DNA of 64,000 nt from Candidatus Kaelpia imicola (GCA_030765505.1 JAVCCL010000025.1:14865-78864); one strand, 5' to 3'; counted from the first letter of the stretch, positions 39,050-49,060 are shown. The notes: a model not told the origin generated them from the sequence alone. Made by a program: numbers and translations.

Positions 39050-40563
39050 CTCTTTTTCTTAATCTCTTCCATCATACGCTGAGATATTTTTTTAATCTTT
39101 CCTTTATTAGCACAGACCATAAAAGCATCTACAACATCCGGGTCAAACTGCTTAGCTCTCTGTTTCAATATCTCCTCCACGGCAGTGCTGTAATTCTTAG
39201 TCTTCTTATAAGGCCTGTGACATACCATTGCTTCAAAAGAGTCAGCGACAGCCAGTATCCTTGCCCCAAGCGGAATCTTATTACCCTTCAGACCTTTAGG
39301 GTAGCCCTTCCCATCAAACCTTTCATGGTGATGCAATATTATAGGCACAGCAGGTTTCAAAGCCTTGACCGTCTTGATTATCTCAGCACTTTTAATTGGA
39401 TGCTCCCGGACAGAGCTATACTCTCTCTCTGTTAAAAGATCGGGTTTCTTAAGTATCTTCTCCGGAACAGCAACCTTCCCGGTATCCAAAAGTAAAGTTG
39501 CATATTTTATATATTCCCTCTCTTCTTGAGAAACACCGTATTCATCAGCAATAGCAAGTACCAAATCAATAAAACTTTTCGGATGGGTATAGATACTAGG
39601 AGACTTTACCTCTAAAACCTTTGAGAGAGCTTGCAAGCTCTCTATTAAAATCTTACTTTGAGTCTCATATAACTTGGCATTCTTTATAGCAACAACAGCC
39701 TGTTCTGACAAAACAGATAGAATCTCTCTGTCGTTTAAGTCGAACGGTCTTCCGTTCTGCTTCGACTTTAATCCAATTGCTCCGATAAGATCTTCTTCAA
39801 TTAGAGGCACCCAGAGTGCATTCTTGCTAAGAATAAGGGTTCCGGCTTCCAGATTTTTACCAATCTTAGAATTAAAAATGTCTATCTTATGAGGCTTCTC
39901 CGAAGAACTAACAGAAGCAACGGTCTTAGGCTTTAAATAGTTTCCGGCTCTCAGATATATAACGCAACTTTTAGCCCGTATTACCTGAAGGCATAACCTT
40001 GCAAGACGAGGCAAAAGCTCGGCCATGTTAAGGGTTGAAGATATCAAACGATGAACAGTGTGAACCGAAGAGAGAGCAATAGCACGGGGCCGCAGAGTAC
40101 CATGAACCTTTATCAACTCCAGCTCCTTTAAAGCTTTCTCTAGAGAGATGGCCAAATAATCCTCAACAAAATCAAGCACCTCCTTGGATAATTTTCCATT
40201 CTCTATAATAAGACAGATATAACCATAATTAGCTCCTCCATGAATAAGAGGAAAGATCCAGAGACTCTCCGTAAATCTACATCTCACCTCTTCAAAATAG
40301 CCGCTTCGAGATACTTGTCTCATTTTGCCCTTCATCTCTCCTACGGCTACTTTTTCAATCTTAGTTTTTAGATCGTACTCTTTTGCTATCTTTTTAATCT
40401 TCTTCAGCAGCTCTTGAATCGGCCTTTTTGACTCCAGCCTGGAAAAAAGAATCAATACCACATTGGAGTCTGACAGCTTATCCAAATGGAATTTTAGTCT
40501 TTCCAGATCCCCCCCCTTATCCAGGGTCTCAACAACATTTCTCTCTAAGACTATTTCATTCAT
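39046..40563 (-). CDS. GAF + HD-GYP domain protein (degenerate HD)
   Basis: GAF (QAVVAIKNAKLY); HHHERFDGKGYP, ARILAVADSF; LLLDTGK replaces LLHDIGK. Confidence 0.85.
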   Translation of the reverse strand: MNEIVLERNVVETLDKGGDLERLKFHLDKLSDSNVVLILFSRLESKRPIQELLKKIKKIAKEYDLKTKIEKVAVGEMKGKMRQVSRSGYFEEVRCRFTESLWIFPLIHGGANYGYICLIIENGKLSKEVLDFVEDYLAISLEKALKELELIKVHGTLRPRAIALSSVHTVHRLISSTLNMAELLPRLARLCLQVIRAKSCVIYLRAGNYLKPKTVASVSSSEKPHKIDIFNSKIGKNLEAGTLILSKNALWVPLIEEDLIGAIGLKSKQNGRPFDLNDREILSVLSEQAVVAIKNAKLYETQSKILIESLQALSKVLEVKSPSIYTHPKSFIDLVLAIADEYGVSQEEREYIKYATLLLDTGKVAVPEKILKKPDLLTEREYSSVREHPIKSAEIIKTVKALKPAVPIILHHHERFDGKGYPKGLKGNKIPLGARILAVADSFEAMVCHRPYKKTKNYSTAVEEILKQRAKQFDPDVVDAFMVCANKGKIKKISQRMMEEIKKKR

Positions 40564-40571
40564 ATGCAATT

Positions 40572-40600
40572 ATTCTACAACAAGAAGTAATCTTTTTCAA
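40572..40600 (-). promoter_or_regulatory. sigma70-type promoter
   Basis: TTGAAA-N17-TAGAAT ending 8 nt before ATG 40563. Confidence 0.5.
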
Positions 40601-40666
40601 CAATGGATAAAACAATTGGGGTATCAGATAATCAGAATCTAACTATTTAGTAACTATATAGTTAGA

Positions 40667-41854
40667 TTAAACTATTTCCATGGGATCAAACAGCTTGCGG
40701 TATTCACCTGCAGCAAAGCTATCAGTCATAGAGGCTATATAGTCAGATATGGTACGTTTAAGTCCCTCTTTTTTTATCCTGCGCTGGATATCATCAGGTA
40801 GCTGAGCAGGTTTTTTATAATAAACATTGAATAACTCTGTTAGAATCCTACTGGCTTTATCAGACATTCTGACAACCCGATAATGGTGATAGAGGTTCTG
40901 ATAGAGAAAATCTCTTAAAGGCTTTCTTCTCCTCTGCATAGTAACGCTAAAACCTATAAACCTTTTAGTTGCCGTTCTCACGTCTTCTACGGAACGAATT
41001 GATTCTAAATTCCTGAATGAACTTTTAATTAGGTCTTTAACATCCATATCTATCAGGGATCTGATTACCTGATGCTTCTTAAACCTTGCAGATATACTTG
41101 AGTAGCGCTTCTTAACTCTCTTCTCCGCCTCTCTCCATAGTTCTATCTTCTTTAAATCCGAAATAGCAATTAAACCCGAAGTTATTCCATCGTCTAAATC
41201 GTGACTGTCGTATGCAATTTCATCCGCAATATTTACAACCTGGGCTTCAAGCGTAGGCTGTTCTTGATTGTAAAACTCGCTCAGATTTAACCTGCCATAT
41301 TTTTTTAAGCTCTGAGGGTTTAAATTCTTATACCCGTTATCATAACGCGTGCTATGTTTTAAAAACCCCTCTCTAACCTCCCAAGTAAGATTTAACCCGT
41401 TAAAATCCGGATACCTTAACTCCAAACAATCCACTACCCTCAATCCCTGAAGATTATGGTCAAAACCCCCGACATCGGCAACCAAATAATTCAAAACCTC
41501 TTCTCCTGAATGACCGAAAGGAGTATGTCCGACATCATGACCTAAGGCTATAGCTTCAACAAGATCTACATTTAATGACAAAACGCGGGCAACAGAACGC
41601 GCAATCTGAGCAACCTCAAGACTATGAGTCAGGCGAGTCCTATAATAATCGCCTTCATGTATCAAAAAAACCTGAGTCTTGTACTCTAAACGCCTAAAAG
41701 CAGTGGAGTGTATAATCCTATCTCTATCCCTCTGGAAGCAAGTCCTGTAATCATCTTCGGTTTCACCGTACTTTCTACCCCTGCTAAGCAAACTTTTAAA
41801 TGCATAGGACGCTAATATTTTATTCTCTAAGTTTTGATATTCTTTTCTATTCAT
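40667..41854 (-). CDS. dgt: dNTP triphosphohydrolase
   Basis: FQRDRDRIIHS.AFRRL.YKTQV, RTRLTHSLEV, HDVGHTPFGHSGE, ADEIAY..HD. Confidence 0.95.
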   Translation of the reverse strand: MNRKEYQNLENKILASYAFKSLLSRGRKYGETEDDYRTCFQRDRDRIIHSTAFRRLEYKTQVFLIHEGDYYRTRLTHSLEVAQIARSVARVLSLNVDLVEAIALGHDVGHTPFGHSGEEVLNYLVADVGGFDHNLQGLRVVDCLELRYPDFNGLNLTWEVREGFLKHSTRYDNGYKNLNPQSLKKYGRLNLSEFYNQEQPTLEAQVVNIADEIAYDSHDLDDGITSGLIAISDLKKIELWREAEKRVKKRYSSISARFKKHQVIRSLIDMDVKDLIKSSFRNLESIRSVEDVRTATKRFIGFSVTMQRRRKPLRDFLYQNLYHHYRVVRMSDKASRILTELFNVYYKKPAQLPDDIQRRIKKEGLKRTISDYIASMTDSFAAGEYRKLFDPMEIV

Positions 41855-42323
41855 CTGACATTAGAAGCTGGTATAAATTATTCAAAGATTGAGATAAAAC
41901 TTTGGTATCAGACAGAAGCGGCATAAAATTCGTATCTCCAACCCAGCGAGGCACAATATGAAAATGTATGTGGTCTTTTATTCCGGCGCCAGCTGCTGCG
42001 CCGATATTTAACCCAATATTAAAACCTTCGGGATTTAATCTCTTTTTCAATCTCTCCTTAAAACTTTTGATTAACTTAAAGATCTCGCTTAACTCAGAAT
42101 CATTTAAATCAGTAATATCCGGAACATGCCTATAAGGAGCAACCATCAAGTGGCCATTATTGTAGGGGTATATATTGAGTAAGATAAAGGAATGCTCGCC
42201 TCTTGATAAAACATAATTAGTCTCATCATCCCTGCTCTTGAATTTCCTGCAAAATATACAATCCCTATCCTTGTCAGGATTTGAAACATATTCCATTCTC
42301 CATGGAGCCCAGATATTCTTCAT
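41847..42323 (-). CDS. HIT family protein (Ap4A phosphorylase-like)
   Basis: WAPWRMEY, CIFC, YPYNNGH, HIHFHIVPRW.GD. Confidence 0.92.
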   Translation of the reverse strand: MKNIWAPWRMEYVSNPDKDRDCIFCRKFKSRDDETNYVLSRGEHSFILLNIYPYNNGHLMVAPYRHVPDITDLNDSELSEIFKLIKSFKERLKKRLNPEGFNIGLNIGAAAGAGIKDHIHFHIVPRWVGDTNFMPLLSDTKVLSQSLNNLYQLLMSDE

Positions 42324-42325
42324 AG

Positions 42326-43282
42326 TTAAAATATTATTATTAACGGAACTATTAATAAAAGCAACAGCATTAACTCGTAAGCTCTCTTTAGCTTTCTGGA
42401 CCTAAGCAGAATAAACAATGTCAATGTTGTTATCTCTACAGCTGCAAGAGTATAGAGATGAGAGAGCGACGCTTCTGAAAGAAGAGGTATCCTGAAAGAG
42501 ATTACCTCTAGGATAGGTATTATAGCTATATCTAACGCATTACTTCCTATTATATTACCTATAGCCATAGCGTGAGACCTGTTCATAAGCGCTGAAACTG
42601 TTACAACAAGCTCCGGCAGGGAGGTAACAAAACCTAAAAACAATGTTCCAAAAAAAACATAGTTCAGCATAGACCTCTCAACAATAATCTTGGATTGAAC
42701 AACTGTAAGTTGAGCAAAAAACGCCATTGCAATCAAAGCAACTACAAATATAGCCCATTCTTTTAAATAATTTTTGTTATTGCTGGATTCGGAAAAAATG
42801 TTATCAGCCTTATTGTCTCTTAGTTCACCTTTAAGAAAAAAGAAGTATAGAATCACTATTAAAATATTCTCTAATCCAAAGTTAAAAAGATTCGGATTAA
42901 AACCAGTAAAACTCCTCAGGATAATTGAAACCACAATCAAAGCCTGCAATATTAAGACTATAAATATTCCCTTAAAATTCTTACTTCTCTTTAAAAATCC
43001 GCCCTTGGATACAAAAATATCCAGCAATATTAAAATAAAAAGATTGATTAAAAGAGATCCGAATATATTTCCTAAGGCCAGATCAAAAATCTTATTTTTA
43101 ACAGCAATGGCAGAAGTGAACAACTCTGGCGAAGAGGTAGCCAGAGCAAGAAAGAAGACACCCATAAAACCTTCGGATATTCGAGTCTTCTTTGCTATCA
43201 GGTAACCATACTTACAAGATATATAGCCAAACAGAAAGATGGCAATAGCATAGGCTGTGAATTTAAGCCAAGCTATCAACAT
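42326..43282 (-). CDS. cation:Ca2+ antiporter (CaCA/YrbG-like)
   Basis: two alpha repeats: ATSSPE..GNIFGS and VTSLPE..GNIIGSN. Confidence 0.88.
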   Translation of the reverse strand: MLIAWLKFTAYAIAIFLFGYISCKYGYLIAKKTRISEGFMGVFFLALATSSPELFTSAIAVKNKIFDLALGNIFGSLLINLFILILLDIFVSKGGFLKRSKNFKGIFIVLILQALIVVSIILRSFTGFNPNLFNFGLENILIVILYFFFLKGELRDNKADNIFSESSNNKNYLKEWAIFVVALIAMAFFAQLTVVQSKIIVERSMLNYVFFGTLFLGFVTSLPELVVTVSALMNRSHAMAIGNIIGSNALDIAIIPILEVISFRIPLLSEASLSHLYTLAAVEITTLTLFILLRSRKLKRAYELMLLLLLIVPLIIIF

Positions 43283-44897
43283 TATTCTTCCCGGTTACAG
43301 AATAAAACTCACAGAGTTTAATTAGAAATTCCATATCCCAAAGCCAAAATCCCATAGTCTTTAGTATTAAATTTACACTGTTACCCCCCAGTTGATTAGG
43401 AATAATTGCCACCTTCTGGTTAAATCTTACCTGACTATCTTTAAGTCTCTCTACAATGGTATAACTATCCTGCTCTTTAAACCCCAGGGATACTACAAGG
43501 AAGAGCCAGCATCCCGACCCCTCTCTCTTAGCGCGAAAGAGAGTATAATCTTGCCCTTGAAACTCTTTTTCAAAAGAGAAAATCTTAGGCAACTGCTTCC
43601 TTTTTCCGGCTAAATCTATAAATTCATTATCGAACCTCAAGATAAGCTCTTTGACAACAGCCTCTATCTCTGAGATCGGCTTATCGCTACAGAAAAGATT
43701 GGAACCGGAATTAACGCAGTCCAACTCTCTCTCTAACATCTCCATACGAGTTTTAAAACCTATTCCCAACCCCATAAGATCTGCGCTGTAAGCATAGAGA
43801 AGCCATATTCTGAAAAGCGGGTCCTTTATCCGGAAAAAACTGCCATTCTTCTCCAAAAAACCGTTCATAGAATAGCCAGAGTTAGCATAGGAGAGATCCA
43901 GCTTCTTAAGGCTCTTTTTCTTTGTATTACCTCTTGCAACCTCAATAATAAAAGGCAGAAATTCCTGAAACTTTTCAACCCCGGGATAATTTCTCAATTT
44001 TTCACTGAAAAACCTATAAAGAAAACCTTTATTGTTAATCAGATTCTCCCTAATCATTAGAATGAGGCTTTCAGAATCAAAGCTATCTACATTCTCTTGG
44101 ACCCAGGATGTCAATATATCAAGATAGAGAGGTACACCCGCAGTTAAAGTTATTAGCCTATCTATGGCAGTGCTGTCTATCTCCTTTATTTTCCTCATTC
44201 TGGATTCTATAAACCCTCTAGACTCTTGATATAAGAACTTATCCAACTCCATAATTTCAAAATTGCCAAATAACAGAGAGAACTCTGAATTTAAGACAGA
44301 TTTAGATCTATCCTGATCTGAACTTATCAATATAAATAGAGCATGCTCATCCAGCATAATATGCTCTCTTAATATCTGCATCCAATAATTTAATTTAAGC
44401 TTACCCAGGCCAAAAAATTCATCTATCACAAAGAGAGAGTTCTTTTTAAACTCTTTCTTGATCTTAAGCGGAAGGCGTAATATTGAATCCATCAAAAACT
44501 CGTAATTATTATTTTTAAGACCTGCCTCTATGTTTCTTATAATAGGACTGAAGGCTGGATAATCCCTTTCGATAACCCTCCCGCTATCAGCCGCATTATC
44601 TATAAGAAAATTACCATCTATTGAGGAAAGCTTACGCAGGGAATGGAGTAAAAATCCTAAAAAACTCTCTTTCAAAAACCCTTCTTCAAGGTTGAGATAG
44701 ATAGGAAAAAGGTCTCCTTTTAAATCATCGTGGATGAATTTAAGGATGAGCGATGTCTTGCCGATGCTCCAAGGACCCAGAATAGCGAGATTTCTCCTGT
44801 AACCATCAAGATAATCGTTCTTTATCTTCTTTAATCTTTTTAGCTCTCTCTCTCTTGAAGAAAACTGTTCTTTTATTACAGGGCCTATTTTTATCAT
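43263..44897 (-). CDS. P-loop ATPase of the 'archaeal ATPase' (ATPase_2/STAND-like) type
   Basis: FSSRERELKRL, ILGPWSIGKTSL, FVIDEF, LTAGVPLYL, IKDPLFRIWL. Confidence 0.7.
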   Translation of the reverse strand: MIKIGPVIKEQFSSRERELKRLKKIKNDYLDGYRRNLAILGPWSIGKTSLILKFIHDDLKGDLFPIYLNLEEGFLKESFLGFLLHSLRKLSSIDGNFLIDNAADSGRVIERDYPAFSPIIRNIEAGLKNNNYEFLMDSILRLPLKIKKEFKKNSLFVIDEFFGLGKLKLNYWMQILREHIMLDEHALFILISSDQDRSKSVLNSEFSLLFGNFEIMELDKFLYQESRGFIESRMRKIKEIDSTAIDRLITLTAGVPLYLDILTSWVQENVDSFDSESLILMIRENLINNKGFLYRFFSEKLRNYPGVEKFQEFLPFIIEVARGNTKKKSLKKLDLSYANSGYSMNGFLEKNGSFFRIKDPLFRIWLLYAYSADLMGLGIGFKTRMEMLERELDCVNSGSNLFCSDKPISEIEAVVKELILRFDNEFIDLAGKRKQLPKIFSFEKEFQGQDYTLFRAKREGSGCWLFLVVSLGFKEQDSYTIVERLKDSQVRFNQKVAIIPNQLGGNSVNLILKTMGFWLWDMEFLIKLCEFYSVTGKNNVDSLA

Positions 44898-44907
44898 TAA
44901 GTAAAAA

Positions 44908-45561
44908 TTATTTTAAAAATTTTAACGGGTCTAAAGGGTTATTCTCTCTTCTTAGCTCAAAGTGCAATACCCCGCTCTCTTTATCAATACAGGATATGAA
45001 ATCCCCTTGTTTGACATAGTCACCTTTTTTAACTAAAAGAAGATCGTTATAAGCATAGAGCGAATAGAGCCCTTCTCCGTGATCAATCATGACAACCTTA
45101 TCATAGCCTTTTATATCTTCACCAGAATAACAGACCTCACCCGAAGCCGCGGCAACTACTCTCTGAGACGAAAACAGTCTTATATCTATACCTTTATTAG
45201 CTCCCTTAGAAGTTGTATCTTTAAAATAGGATATGACTTTACCTTCAACAGGCCAAATAAAATTAGAGCTGGATATATTCGGCTTTACAGTTCTATCCGG
45301 GATATACAACAATTGGCCCTCCTTTATTCTGGAAGGATCTTCCATGTTATTAGCAATTATTACATCTTTTAACTTTACTCCATAAGAAGAGCATATTTTA
45401 TAGAGAGTCTCTCCGCTTCTAACCTTATGATATTGACCTTTGGCTTTATCCCAGTAAGACTCCGTACAGACTTTAGATGCAGGTAAAAATTCAACACTCC
45501 TGCTGCTGGTTGAAGTACAGCCCCATAATAACAGCATAGCAAGAAAAATTATCATCTTCAT
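44908..45561 (-). CDS. LysM + degenerate M23 lipoprotein (NlpD-like)
   Basis: lipobox LWGC, HKVRSGETLY, FIWPVEG, NKGIDI (Zn ligands missing), LHFELR. Confidence 0.88.
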   Translation of the reverse strand: MKMIIFLAMLLLWGCTSTSSRSVEFLPASKVCTESYWDKAKGQYHKVRSGETLYKICSSYGVKLKDVIIANNMEDPSRIKEGQLLYIPDRTVKPNISSSNFIWPVEGKVISYFKDTTSKGANKGIDIRLFSSQRVVAAASGEVCYSGEDIKGYDKVVMIDHGEGLYSLYAYNDLLLVKKGDYVKQGDFISCIDKESGVLHFELRRENNPLDPLKFLK

Positions 45562-45589
45562 ACCACAGACTTCAAAAGACTCCTATTAC

Positions 45590-45664
45590 TGGAGCGAGTG
45601 AGGGGGATCGAACCCCCGACATCCAGCTTGGGAAGCTGACGTTCTACCGCTGAACTACACTCGC
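45590..45664 (-). tRNA. tRNA-Gly(CCC)
   Basis: GCGAGTG...CACTCGCTCCA, anticodon arm TCAGC-TTCCCAA-GCTGG. Confidence 0.96.
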
Positions 45665-45707
45665 TTATTATTTGACTAAAAACCAAACAATAGTCAAAAC
45701 AGTAAAA

Positions 45708-47003
45708 TTAAACCGCAAATTTTTTATTTAAATACTTCTCTACAATCTTTATAGAACAAAACTTGCTGCACATAGAACATGTATCTTTTATCCCAGGCGG
45801 AATTTTATTGTGATACTCTGACGCTTTTTCACTATCCAAGAAAAACTTCATCTGTTCTTCCCAGTCTCTCTCTTTACGCGCTCTATTAACCTTCAGCTCT
45901 CTCTGGACTGCCCTCTCCTTACCCCGGCAAAAGTTTACTGCCTGGGCGGCTATTTTAAAAGCCATAATCCCATCTCTAACATCATTGATATCAGGAAGAG
46001 ACAAGTGCTCTGCAGGAGTGAGATAACATAAAAAATCGGCTCCGGAATAAGCCGCTATGGATGCTCCAATCGCAGCATTTATATGATCATATCCAGCAGC
46101 AGAATCTATAATTAGAGGTCCTAAGACATAGAGCGGAGCTCCTCCAATTATCTCTTTTATAGCCTTAATCTCATGCTCAATTTTATTTAGCGGAACATGG
46201 CCGGGACCCTCAACCATAGTCTGAACACCGTAATCTCTGGCTCTCCTCACAAGGTCTGAGACTATAAATGTCTCATGGTATTGCAACGAATCCCCGGCAT
46301 CAAATATTGACCCTGGCCTTAATGCATCTCCAAGGCTTATAGTAACGTCATACTTCTTGGTAATCTCAAGCACTCTGTCAAAATATTCATAAAAGGGGTT
46401 CTCTCTCTCATTCACTATCATCCATTCCAGCATTAGAGCTCCGCCTCGACTAACTATATCCAGCTCCCTCTCATACCTCTTTATCTTATCAATACAGTCA
46501 GCTGTAATACCGGCATGTATTGTAAAAAAATCTACCCCTTCGCGAGCCTGCCCCTCTAAGACTTCAAAAAAATCTTCAGTTGAAGCAGTCGCAAAAGACC
46601 CCTCTCTATCGGAACATCTTGCCGCAGCTTCATAGAGCGGTACAGTTCCAAAAGGAAGGACAGTCTTAGAGATCAACTCTCTTCTTATCTTAGCAATATC
46701 TCCCCCGACAGAGAGATCCATTATCGTATCAGCCTTAAGGCGCTCTGAGAGCTCGATCTTTCTGGTTTCAAGATTCAAATCAATCTTATCCAGAGAGGTA
46801 CCTATATTGACATTTATTTTGACATTCATCCCTTCGCCGATAGCAACCCTGCGCTTATTAGAATGGGCCTCATTGTCAGGTATCACCGCTCTGCCTTTTA
46901 ATATTTTATCTAATAAAAAATCTTCGGTAACTTCTTCGAAATTCGCAATCTCTTTTATAAAAAGAGGTATATCTCCTTTTTTAATTTTATCTATAAGTGT
47001 CAT
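45708..47003 (-). CDS. thiC: phosphomethylpyrimidine synthase
   Basis: KINVNIGTS, DTIMDLS, VSRGG, EGPGHVP, GYDHI, CSMCSKFC. Confidence 0.93.
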   Translation of the reverse strand: MTLIDKIKKGDIPLFIKEIANFEEVTEDFLLDKILKGRAVIPDNEAHSNKRRVAIGEGMNVKINVNIGTSLDKIDLNLETRKIELSERLKADTIMDLSVGGDIAKIRRELISKTVLPFGTVPLYEAAARCSDREGSFATASTEDFFEVLEGQAREGVDFFTIHAGITADCIDKIKRYERELDIVSRGGALMLEWMIVNERENPFYEYFDRVLEITKKYDVTISLGDALRPGSIFDAGDSLQYHETFIVSDLVRRARDYGVQTMVEGPGHVPLNKIEHEIKAIKEIIGGAPLYVLGPLIIDSAAGYDHINAAIGASIAAYSGADFLCYLTPAEHLSLPDINDVRDGIMAFKIAAQAVNFCRGKERAVQRELKVNRARKERDWEEQMKFFLDSEKASEYHNKIPPGIKDTCSMCSKFCSIKIVEKYLNKKFAV

Positions 47004-47614
47004 CTGGTTATCACCTTTCTTATCTCGTCTATATATCTCTTCTTATCCCCTGCAGCTTTAAGTGAGGAGATAACAGCTACATTGGAAAAGCCATAATCTC
47101 TAACCTCGTTTATATTCTCTAAATTGATCCCTCCTATCGCCACCTGAGGAAGCTTGATATTCTCTGTTATCAATTCTATTTCATCTCTCCCTATTGTTTC
47201 AAGATCTTTTTTAGTATTACTCTTAAAGACCGGGCCGATACTAATATAATCTAAATTTAAATCTTTAACATCTAAAGCATCCTGATAACTATGGCAGCTA
47301 TAACCCAGAATCTTATCCTCTCCCAATATAGACCTAACCTCCTTAGGCAGCAGATCTTCAACTCCTACATGAATACCGTCTGCATCCACAAGAAGAGCGA
47401 CATCAAGCCTATCATTGATAATAAACGGTTTCCCAAAATCAGCTGCTATCTTCTTAAGAGTAATCGCAATATTGTAAAATTCCCTGTCAGAGAGATTTTT
47501 ATCTCTTAACTGAATTATATCTATACCCGAAAACAGAAGCTCTTTAAGATATTCTATTTGATCAAATCCCGTATCAGATACTCCATAAATAGTGCAATCT
47601 TCAAATATTTTCAT
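47000..47614 (-). CDS. thiE: thiamine phosphate synthase
   Basis: IIQLRDK, IINDRLD, GIHVG..D, VAIGGI. Confidence 0.93.
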   Translation of the reverse strand: MKIFEDCTIYGVSDTGFDQIEYLKELLFSGIDIIQLRDKNLSDREFYNIAITLKKIAADFGKPFIINDRLDVALLVDADGIHVGVEDLLPKEVRSILGEDKILGYSCHSYQDALDVKDLNLDYISIGPVFKSNTKKDLETIGRDEIELITENIKLPQVAIGGINLENINEVRDYGFSNVAVISSLKAAGDKKRYIDEIRKVITR

Positions 47615-48012
47615 ATAGCAGCAAAAGAGTCTTTCTCGATATCATAGACCTTAAAACGCAACCTCATAAACTTCTGCTTTAACTGAGGCTTTAAAACCTG
47701 AGAAACCTCCTCTAATACTCTTAATGCTTCTGTAACTCTTTGAAAGTTAAACCGCAATATATCATCATACCTGAACTTAGAACCTTTGGCATATCTAAAC
47801 TTACCTTTATCTGCCCTTAGATCTCTTCTTTTGAGGAGCTCCTCTCTGCTCAATTGCGCTATTATAAGCGATAATGATCTTCTTGTCTTCTTTAGCTTAA
47901 GAGCAGAATCGGACTTGCTATAGATAAAGCGCATTATATCTTCGCAGACTCTTAAACCCTCTCTCGCCCTATTGAAATTGGCATCTACTATGCGGAAGGA
48001 TTCTTTCTGCAT
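47611..48012 (-). CDS. ThiD2-family protein
   Basis: RIVDANFNRAREGLRVCED, NFQRV.EALRVLEE, RFKVYDIEK. Confidence 0.85.
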   Translation of the reverse strand: MQKESFRIVDANFNRAREGLRVCEDIMRFIYSKSDSALKLKKTRRSLSLIIAQLSREELLKRRDLRADKGKFRYAKGSKFRYDDILRFNFQRVTEALRVLEEVSQVLKPQLKQKFMRLRFKVYDIEKDSFAAI

Positions 48013-48473
48013 ATCTTCTTTAAAATAGATGTTGTACTATAACCTTTGAGGTAGGGTAAGAGCTTAACCTTCCCCCCATATTCCCTTAAGATATCTCTCC
48101 CCACCACAATTTTATCCCTCCAGTCTGCTCCCTTAAAAAGATAGTCCGGCTTTATCAGGAAGATAACTTCATACGGCGTCGGTTCATCAAAGACGACTAT
48201 ATGATCAACATCCTCTAGTGCTGATAGAACTTCAGCTCTATAATTTTGGTTATTAATCGGCCTACTCTTACCTTTAATAGCTCTAACCGAACTATCTGAG
48301 TTTAGACCTACCACTAAAGAGTCAACATGTTTTTTAGCTTCGGATATAAAATCAACATGGCCGGGATGGAGAATATCAAAACAACCATTAGTAAACCCTA
48401 TAACTTTACCCTCTTTTTTGAGATTTTTGATTCTTCTCTGCAAAAGAACAAGAGAGAAAACTTTATTTTTCAT
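47988..48473 (-). CDS. rfaE2: heptose 1-phosphate adenylyltransferase (RfaE domain II)
   Basis: FTNGCFDILHPGH, VGLNSDSSV, KGADW, STTSI. Confidence 0.92.
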   Translation of the reverse strand: MKNKVFSLVLLQRRIKNLKKEGKVIGFTNGCFDILHPGHVDFISEAKKHVDSLVVGLNSDSSVRAIKGKSRPINNQNYRAEVLSALEDVDHIVVFDEPTPYEVIFLIKPDYLFKGADWRDKIVVGRDILREYGGKVKLLPYLKGYSTTSILKKICRKNPSA

Positions 48474-48493
48474 ATTTAAGCTTGAAATATAAG

Positions 48494-49060
48494 TTAAAAC
48501 AATCCTTCTTCGATTAAAAGACAGAGCAGGTGTGCCAGGGTTATATGAACCTCTTGAATAATTGAGGTTTTCTTTGACGGAACAATGAAATTTAGATCTG
48601 AAAGTTCTCTCATCTTACCGCCATCTCCTCCTGTAAAAGATATCGCATAGCCATTATTATTCCTTAAGAATTTTAGAGCCTCTATCACATTGGAAGAGCT
48701 GCCGCTTGTTGAAATAGCAATCGCTATATCGCCCTGCTCGTAAAAAGCTTCGAGCTGCCTTTTGAATACAGCTTTATAACCATAATCGTTTGCTAGAGCT
48801 GTAAGGGAAGCAATATTGCCGGTTAAGGAGATAACAGGAAGAGGTTTGCGTTCTTTTCTAAACCTGCCAACAAGCTCAGCAGCAATATGCTGACTATCAG
48901 ACGCACTGCCGCCATTACCAAATATGATCAATTTCTTTTTATCTTTAAAAGCAGCGGTTAATTTTTCAGCAACCTCTTCTATCTTATCAATATTAGCCTT
49001 AAAGAATCTCTCTTTGACCTCTATGCTCTCTTTAAAATAGCTCTCAATTATATCTTTCAT
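48494..49060 (-). CDS. gmhA: sedoheptulose 7-phosphate isomerase
   Basis: GNGGSASDSQH, NDYGY, ISTSG, IQEVH. Confidence 0.96.
   Translation of the reverse strand: MKDIIESYFKESIEVKERFFKANIDKIEEVAEKLTAAFKDKKKLIIFGNGGSASDSQHIAAELVGRFRKERKPLPVISLTGNIASLTALANDYGYKAVFKRQLEAFYEQGDIAIAISTSGSSSNVIEALKFLRNNNGYAISFTGGDGGKMRELSDLNFIVPSKKTSIIQEVHITLAHLLCLLIEEGLF

Noticed and set aside
44908-45561. Missing zinc ligands in the M23 domain as a novelty
   Set aside because: This is the normal state of NlpD-type amidase activators.
45671-45698. TTTGACTA...TAGTCAAA inverted repeat between thiC and tRNA-Gly
   Set aside because: Short AT-rich stem with a long loop; cannot distinguish terminator, operator or chance.
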